Shown here: piece after piece, positions 59,056 through 64,000 of the stretch
Layout: each line of letters begins with the position of its first letter
Numbering within the stretch: the first letter of the stretch is position 1
NCBI GenBank assembly: GCA_965261085.1
Contig: OZ253442.1
Location: 3,968,001-4,032,000, forward strand
Length of the DNA: 64,000 nt
Reading direction: 5' to 3'
Source: a bacterium
GTDB taxonomy: Bacteria > UBA8248
The notes under the pieces: model-generated
Seen by the model: the letters and a program-made list of their open reading frames with translations, nothing else
What the model was told of the DNA's origin: nothing
Database searches by the model: none
Translations under genes and position numbers: made by a program

Positions 59056-59847
59056 CTATATCAAGCGTTTCCTGACTTGCCATGCGGCGAACTCTCCCGC
59101 GAAAACCAGGGCGATGATGGCCAGCACCAGCACACCTGATTTTTGCCACTGAAACTGCTTCACATACAAAAACACGTAAAACCCCAGGCCTCCCGCACCG
59201 ACAAGGCCCAAAATCGTGGAATCACGCAGATTCATCTCGAAACGTATGGCCAGATGCGCGACCATCTGAGGCAGAACCTGTGGAATTAGGCCGTGTTGGA
59301 TAACCTGAACGGACGAGGCGCCAGTACCCTGCAATGCGAGCAGGGGTTTCGGATCGGTCGCCTCGATTTCCTCAGCCACGAACCGGCCGAGGACCCCGAC
59401 GGAGTGCACCGCCAGCGCCAACACGCCGGGAAAGGGGCCGAGTCCCACGGCAGAGACGAACAACAATGCGAGAAGTAGCAAAGGGATGGAGCGGACGAAC
59501 GCCATCAGCGCCTTGATGGGCAAATGCACCCAAACCGGCGTCCAGTTCGACGCTGCCAGCACGCCCAGTGGATAGGCGAACAGGGCGCCCAGAAAAGTGC
59601 CCGCGATGGTGGTTTGCAGCGTTTCGATCGCCGAGGTCAGCAAAACATCCCAGACCGACCAGTCCGGCGGCGTCATCCGGCCAAAGAAATGAATCAACTG
59701 GGGAATACCGCGCCAGAATTGCTTGAGTGAAAACTCAGAACCTTGAAAGGACCAGAATAAGAGTGCGCTAACCGCCAGGAAGAGGCTGGCCCTGGTAGCC
59801 ATACGCCCAGGTGGAAGCGCTTCTGCTTGCTCTCGCTCCGTTCTCAT
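59056..59847 (-). CDS. phnE: PhnE/PtxC-like ABC permease
   Basis: RSIP, GLGP.PGVLAL, E.IE, FE.N.R.STILGLVGAGG.G. Confidence 0.9.
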   Translation of the reverse strand: MRTEREQAEALPPGRMATRASLFLAVSALLFWSFQGSEFSLKQFWRGIPQLIHFFGRMTPPDWSVWDVLLTSAIETLQTTIAGTFLGALFAYPLGVLAASNWTPVWVHLPIKALMAFVRSIPLLLLALLFVSAVGLGPFPGVLALAVHSVGVLGRFVAEEIEATDPKPLLALQGTGASSVQVIQHGLIPQVLPQMVAHLAIRFEMNLRDSTILGLVGAGGLGFYVFLYVKQFQWQKSGVLVLAIIALVFAGEFAAWQVRKRLI

Positions 59848-60613
59848 TCACGACTCCGTTCGTTCCCATGAATTCGTAGATTTCATATATCTTATCATTC
59901 GAGAGAGAATCCGAAGAACCATCCCACATGATTTTTCCGTCTTTCATCGCGAGAATCCTATCCGCATACTTTCGTGCAAGTTCAGAAATATGTAGGCTCA
60001 TCATGAGCGTCAGTTGATAGGCGTCGCAAACCGATACGAGAAGATCCATGATATCTTCGGCCAACGCGGGGTCCAGGCTCGATACGGGTTCATCGGCCAG
60101 GAAAATCGCCGGCTCCTGCGCCAATGCCCGGGCAATGGCCACGCGCTGTTGCTCCCCGCCGGAGAGCGTGCGGGCAAAGCGGCGTTGCTTGTCGTCGAGA
60201 TGCACTTCGTGAATGGCCTGTGCGCAGATTTGCAAATCACGCTCCGAGCAGATCCCCAACATGCTTTTCAGCAAAGACACATAACCAAGCCTTCCGTGAT
60301 AGACGTTTTGCCAAACGGTCTCCCGGCCTATCAGGTCGAAATGCTGATGAATCATGCCGATATGCCGGTGATGGGATTTCATCTTTTGCGTCTCCTTGAT
60401 GGGAAAAATATCCCCCATCACGACCACTTGACCCTCATTGCAAGACACATAGCCCTTGAGCATCCGCATCAGGGTCGTCTTGCCGGAACCACTGTTGCCG
60501 ATGATGGCCACTCTCTCTCCACGAAAGATGTCGAGATGATCGATGGAAAGAATCGTCCGTCCCCCCATCTCCACGCGTGCATCTTCGATTTGGATGACCA
60601 CTTCTTTCGACAT
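59768..60613 (-). CDS. phnC: PhnC/PtxA-like ABC ATPase
   Basis: [45 protein letters not shown]. Confidence 0.9.
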   Translation of the reverse strand: MSKEVVIQIEDARVEMGGRTILSIDHLDIFRGERVAIIGNSGSGKTTLMRMLKGYVSCNEGQVVVMGDIFPIKETQKMKSHHRHIGMIHQHFDLIGRETVWQNVYHGRLGYVSLLKSMLGICSERDLQICAQAIHEVHLDDKQRRFARTLSGGEQQRVAIARALAQEPAIFLADEPVSSLDPALAEDIMDLLVSVCDAYQLTLMMSLHISELARKYADRILAMKDGKIMWDGSSDSLSNDKIYEIYEFMGTNGVVNENGARASRSASTWAYGYQGQPLPGG

Positions 60614-60617
60614 TTCC

Positions 60618-61541
60618 CTACTCCTTCAAAAAGCCATACTTTCGAGCCATATCGGCCACCGATCGATAACTGCTGTGGTCGACCCTGATGTAACCTTCCG
60701 TTCCGTAAAGAGCCCGCAGCAACCCGCGATTCTCGGGCCGGTTCATCTTCATCATCGCCGAAATGAACTTTTGCTTAATGTCAGGCTCCAGACCTCTGCG
60801 AACCACCACGTTGTGGCTGGGAATTCTGGCCGACTGCGCAATGGCGATAATTTTGCCCCGCTGCTCGGGGCGGAGAAGATTGAGAGCGTATTGGCTGACG
60901 CCGGCGGCATCGACGAAGCCGCCGAACATCGAGTTGATCGCCTGTTGATCTCCACCGGCGAAATATACTCTTCGGAAAAACCCGCCCTCTGGTTTTCCCA
61001 CTCCCCCATTCACGAGGCCGGAACGAACAAAAATATCGTGGGGATACATGAAGCCAGAACTCGAAATGGGGTCGACATAAGCGATGGTTTTGCCCTTCAG
61101 ATCGGAGAGCTTTTTGATGCCGCTGTCCTTACGAACGAAAATCCTCGAATAATAATAGGATTTTCCGTCGTATATCTCTCCGAGAACCGCCTCGACCCCC
61201 GAATACTTGTTCGCCAGTACATAGGGCAGCGGAGACATGAAGCTCACATCCGTATTTTTCGAGATCATGGCCTCCACTGCGGCCAAGTAGTTCAAGGTAA
61301 TGAAATAGCGAACCTTGCGCCCCATTTCTTTTTCCAGGAAGTTCATCGCCGGCTTCACGTTGCTGATGAGTTTCTCGGGATTCTCGAGCGGAATGAACGC
61401 GACCCGAAGTTCTCCATCGACCGCCCGGGCAGGAGCCGAAGCAAACAAAAACATGGAGAAGGCGAGGAGAACCGCTCCCGGGAAACCGACACCCGGCGCT
61501 TTCGACAATAATTTGCGTATGAAATGCATGGCGTTGTTCAT
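60618..61541 (-). CDS. phnD: PhnD/PtxB-like substrate-binding protein with atypical ligand residues
   Basis: LRVAFIP.E, NY.AAVEAM, YYS, DLKGK.IA..DP.SSSG.MYP. Confidence 0.85.
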   Translation of the reverse strand: MNNAMHFIRKLLSKAPGVGFPGAVLLAFSMFLFASAPARAVDGELRVAFIPLENPEKLISNVKPAMNFLEKEMGRKVRYFITLNYLAAVEAMISKNTDVSFMSPLPYVLANKYSGVEAVLGEIYDGKSYYYSRIFVRKDSGIKKLSDLKGKTIAYVDPISSSGFMYPHDIFVRSGLVNGGVGKPEGGFFRRVYFAGGDQQAINSMFGGFVDAAGVSQYALNLLRPEQRGKIIAIAQSARIPSHNVVVRRGLEPDIKQKFISAMMKMNRPENRGLLRALYGTEGYIRVDHSSYRSVADMARKYGFLKE

Positions 61542-63499
61542 TTGAGTTTATCCACATTTTTCTCATAAAGCGCGTGATAATCCGCTATTTTGCTGTCAGT
61601 CATCTCCACGTCGCCGGCAAGGTGAGCGCTCAAGGCTTCGCTTAATTTTTTCTCCATATCATGGAGAATCGGCAGATTTCCCTTGTCTTGAACATCCCAC
61701 TTATGGGCCTGCACTTCGCGCACTACTGTTTTCAACAAGACGGTGATCAGTTCTTTCTTCTTTCTCTGCTTCAAACGCTCATATGTGGAGAGGAAAAACT
61801 TGAATTCCTCCAGTTCCGAATCCAATGTGTAAACCGTATCTTCAATGCCCTGGACGCCATCGCCCACGGCCTCCACATAATTAGTGAGGTCGTCGATACT
61901 CTTTCGGCTGAGCCCAAGCCCGAACTGCCTGTTGAACCATTCGCTCACCGCCCGCAGGGTAGGCAGGCTGCCATTATGAAAATAAGGGGCCGAGAATTTC
62001 GATGAGAGCAGAGTGGGCGTGTCCAGGCCGCCCACGTGGAAGGGCTGGTTCCCTGCTCCCGTGGAGCCGATGTTATGGCGTTTGTGGTCCACGAAGTTCG
62101 CGTTTGGTATGTGGCAACTCGCACAACTCATGCCGCCCATCATCTGCGGAAATTTCCGGTGAAATATCTTCTCGCCCCGAAGCGCCGCTTTGGAAACCTT
62201 CTCGGGGTCGAGTCTTCCGCTTTTTTTCAGTTTCGGGTTCGGCAAGAACTCGAACTCGTTCATATAGGCGATCATCCCGTCCATAATCATCGGGTCGGGT
62301 TCTGGCCCATTGAACTCATTCACGATGACGTTGCGAACGAATTCCCTGAGCGAGGCGAAACGCCCGTTCCGGCCGTAGGGGGCCGTGAAGCGAATCCCCC
62401 GCAAGTCGGGTGTGTCCAGCGGATCGTGCAAGCCGTTGTTGGCGTGGCCGGCGAAGAAACTGTTCGACACGTCCATTCCGCCTTTTTCCCTGGAAAGTCC
62501 CGGGATGAAGAGCTTGGGATTCGTCACCCCCTTGTTGTGGCAAGTGTTGCAACTGACCCCCAAGCTGCGCGCGGGCTCCCCGAATATCTCCGGGCTGTCG
62601 AAAGCCATATCCCCCAAAGCGATGAGAAAGGTTTCCGCCTCGTTCGCTCCACGCACCGCCATTCCGAGAATCTGGCGGGGACGGGGGAGTTGCTTGTTGA
62701 TGTTGGCGCCGGGCGGCAGGCGCCACGGCACTCTAGCCGTTTTGAGGTATGTTTCGCTCGTCTTCGGGCGCGGCAGAAGCCTGTACCACTTCCCGGCCCG
62801 GAACCCGGAAAAATTCGAGTAGAAATAACGGCGGATGAAAGCGGTATTCTCACGAATTTTCTCCAGATTCATCGGCCTTGCGCCGATACCCATCACGCCG
62901 GCCGCCCCGAGGTGGGAATTCGCTTCCAGCCAATGGATTTGCATCTTTTTCCACCCTTTCGGGTCCAGATGCGGCAAGGTCTCGGCAAAGGCCAGAAAAA
63001 CTCTTCGCGCTTCATTTAGATGGTTTTTCACCTCAGATCTCTTTGATCCCGGCTTGATCCGATCTATGCGAGAAATCAGCAACAAAGTGACTCCCCGTGT
63101 CGCCAGGGAAAAGACCAAACGCCTCCCGTTTCGCCGCGCGGCGACCATGTCCGGCTCTTCATCGCCTCTCGCCAAGGGGTGGGCCACACGTCTTCCGGTA
63201 ACCAACTCCTCCGAGAACTTCCTCGCGCCAAGAGGGTCCACAACTTTTAGCGCTTCCTCGATACGCTTCAAATCGAGCCAGACCTGTGGCCAGAACACGG
63301 GATTCAGATTCAAGATGAAACTGGCGCGACGATAACTTTCGGCAACGGGGTGTAATTCTTCGGGGGGGACGATGTGCGCCGAAGCCGGACTGAAATTCAT
63401 CATCAGCAACCCGGCGGCAAGAAGCCACGTCGACATCGCTAAGGAATTTTTCACACGCAGAGCAAGCCTCGCCCCGGGCGTTTTGAGGCCGCATATCAT
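61538..63499 (-). CDS. Secreted di-haem cytochrome c, MauG/bacterial CcP superfamily, with long N- and C-terminal extensions
   Basis: Signal peptide ending ASA-H; CNTCH and CASCH; DTPDLRG, TPTL...APYFHNG..PTL; start may lie slightly downstream. Confidence 0.85.
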   Translation of the reverse strand: MICGLKTPGARLALRVKNSLAMSTWLLAAGLLMMNFSPASAHIVPPEELHPVAESYRRASFILNLNPVFWPQVWLDLKRIEEALKVVDPLGARKFSEELVTGRRVAHPLARGDEEPDMVAARRNGRRLVFSLATRGVTLLLISRIDRIKPGSKRSEVKNHLNEARRVFLAFAETLPHLDPKGWKKMQIHWLEANSHLGAAGVMGIGARPMNLEKIRENTAFIRRYFYSNFSGFRAGKWYRLLPRPKTSETYLKTARVPWRLPPGANINKQLPRPRQILGMAVRGANEAETFLIALGDMAFDSPEIFGEPARSLGVSCNTCHNKGVTNPKLFIPGLSREKGGMDVSNSFFAGHANNGLHDPLDTPDLRGIRFTAPYGRNGRFASLREFVRNVIVNEFNGPEPDPMIMDGMIAYMNEFEFLPNPKLKKSGRLDPEKVSKAALRGEKIFHRKFPQMMGGMSCASCHIPNANFVDHKRHNIGSTGAGNQPFHVGGLDTPTLLSSKFSAPYFHNGSLPTLRAVSEWFNRQFGLGLSRKSIDDLTNYVEAVGDGVQGIEDTVYTLDSELEEFKFFLSTYERLKQRKKKELITVLLKTVVREVQAHKWDVQDKGNLPILHDMEKKLSEALSAHLAGDVEMTDSKIADYHALYEKNVDKLK

Positions 63500-63540
63500 C
63501 TTTTCTGTCTCTCCGCAGCAGAAACCATATCAGACAAGAA

Positions 63541-63570
63541 ATTGTATTTCTATCTAAGAAATAAAGTCAA
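63541..63570 (-). promoter_or_regulatory. Sigma70 promoter with overlapping palindromic operator
   Basis: TTGACT-N18-TACAAT; inverted repeat TATTTCT-N5-AGAAATA (63545-63563) covers the spacer and part of the -10. Confidence 0.65.
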
Positions 63571-63698
63571 CCCGTATTGAATAAATTTTCAGGCATATCT
63601 AAATTTAAAAAGAACACCAATATCAATATAAACAAACGCTTCAGGCAGTTTATTGAAAATAACGCATCAAAATTGGGATATTTTAGAGATTCGAGCAC

Positions 63699-63727
63699 AA
63701 AAAACCGGCCCTGAAACAGGACCGGTT
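63699..63727 (-). terminator. Rho-independent terminator after the P-II gene
   Basis: AACCGG.CCTG-AAA-CAGG.CCGGTT hairpin with a T-run on the minus strand. Confidence 0.7.
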
Positions 63728-63852
63728 CTTTGAAAGTGTGAGGTTTCGTTTTTCTAGGAATCGAACTGAAGCCGGGTTCGGAATACTATAAAGTCTCCAA
63801 ACCTATCGTCCCCGCTCCACCATTCAAACGATTCCGCTACGAAACAGATTGC

Positions 63853-64000
63853 CTAGATGGCGCCATCGCCTCTATCTCCAGTGCGTATGCGCACACAATC
63901 TTCCACCGCCTGGACGAATATTTTTCCGTCCCCTATCTGCCCTGAATTCGCCGCATCACAAATCGCCGTGACGATGGCGTCAGCGTTCTCGTCTTGCGTC
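63853..64000 (-). CDS. P-II nitrogen regulatory protein (GlnB/GlnK), 3' part
   Basis: Not in the ORF track: ...AANSGQIGDGKIFVQAVEDCVRIRTGDRGDGAI-stop. Confidence 0.93.
   Translation of the reverse strand, partial: TQDENADAIVTAICDAANSGQIGDGKIFVQAVEDCVRIRTGDRGDGAI

Noticed and set aside
1-64000. CRISPR array, rRNA, prophage or integrase
   Set aside because: No regularly spaced repeats, cas, rRNA, phage structural or recombinase motifs were seen by eye.

Overview
High-GC bacterial genomic DNA; the gene content suggests a heterotroph scavenging organic N/S/P compounds, but taxonomy cannot be fixed from this window. Layout: (1) 1-4.6 kb, two tandem IS1182-family copies, a type ISP R-M relic, a DUF393 gene, a palindromic repeat element and a PIN module with a truncated toxin; (2) 4.7-30 kb, catabolic and transport genes (GGT, NMT1/SsuA-type SBPs, TAXI-TRAP, two Gfo/Idh/MocA paralogs, cupin, two FrsA-like alpha/beta hydrolases, amidohydrolase, sulfatase, three MBL-fold proteins, enolase-superfamily enzyme), an AhpD/CMD-like selenoprotein candidate (CxxU plus SECIS-like hairpin) and two more decayed TA modules; (3) 30.3-33.8 kb, an ietAS-type AAA ATPase/S8 protease pair; (4) 35.2-54.6 kb, a surface-glycan locus beside tRNA-Glu with nonulosonic-acid genes and an embedded LarA-family nickel-pincer isomerase; (5) 55-64 kb, housekeeping genes, an operon coupling a secreted di-haem MauG/CcP-like cytochrome to a PhnDCE-like ABC transporter under a palindromic operator, and the 3' end of a P-II gene. 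Best candidates for undescribed systems are the di-haem/PhnDCE operon, the LarA-in-NulO operon and the Sec-containing AhpD-amidohydrolase pair. No CRISPR array or rRNA was seen. All family calls come from motif recognition by eye; no database searches were run.
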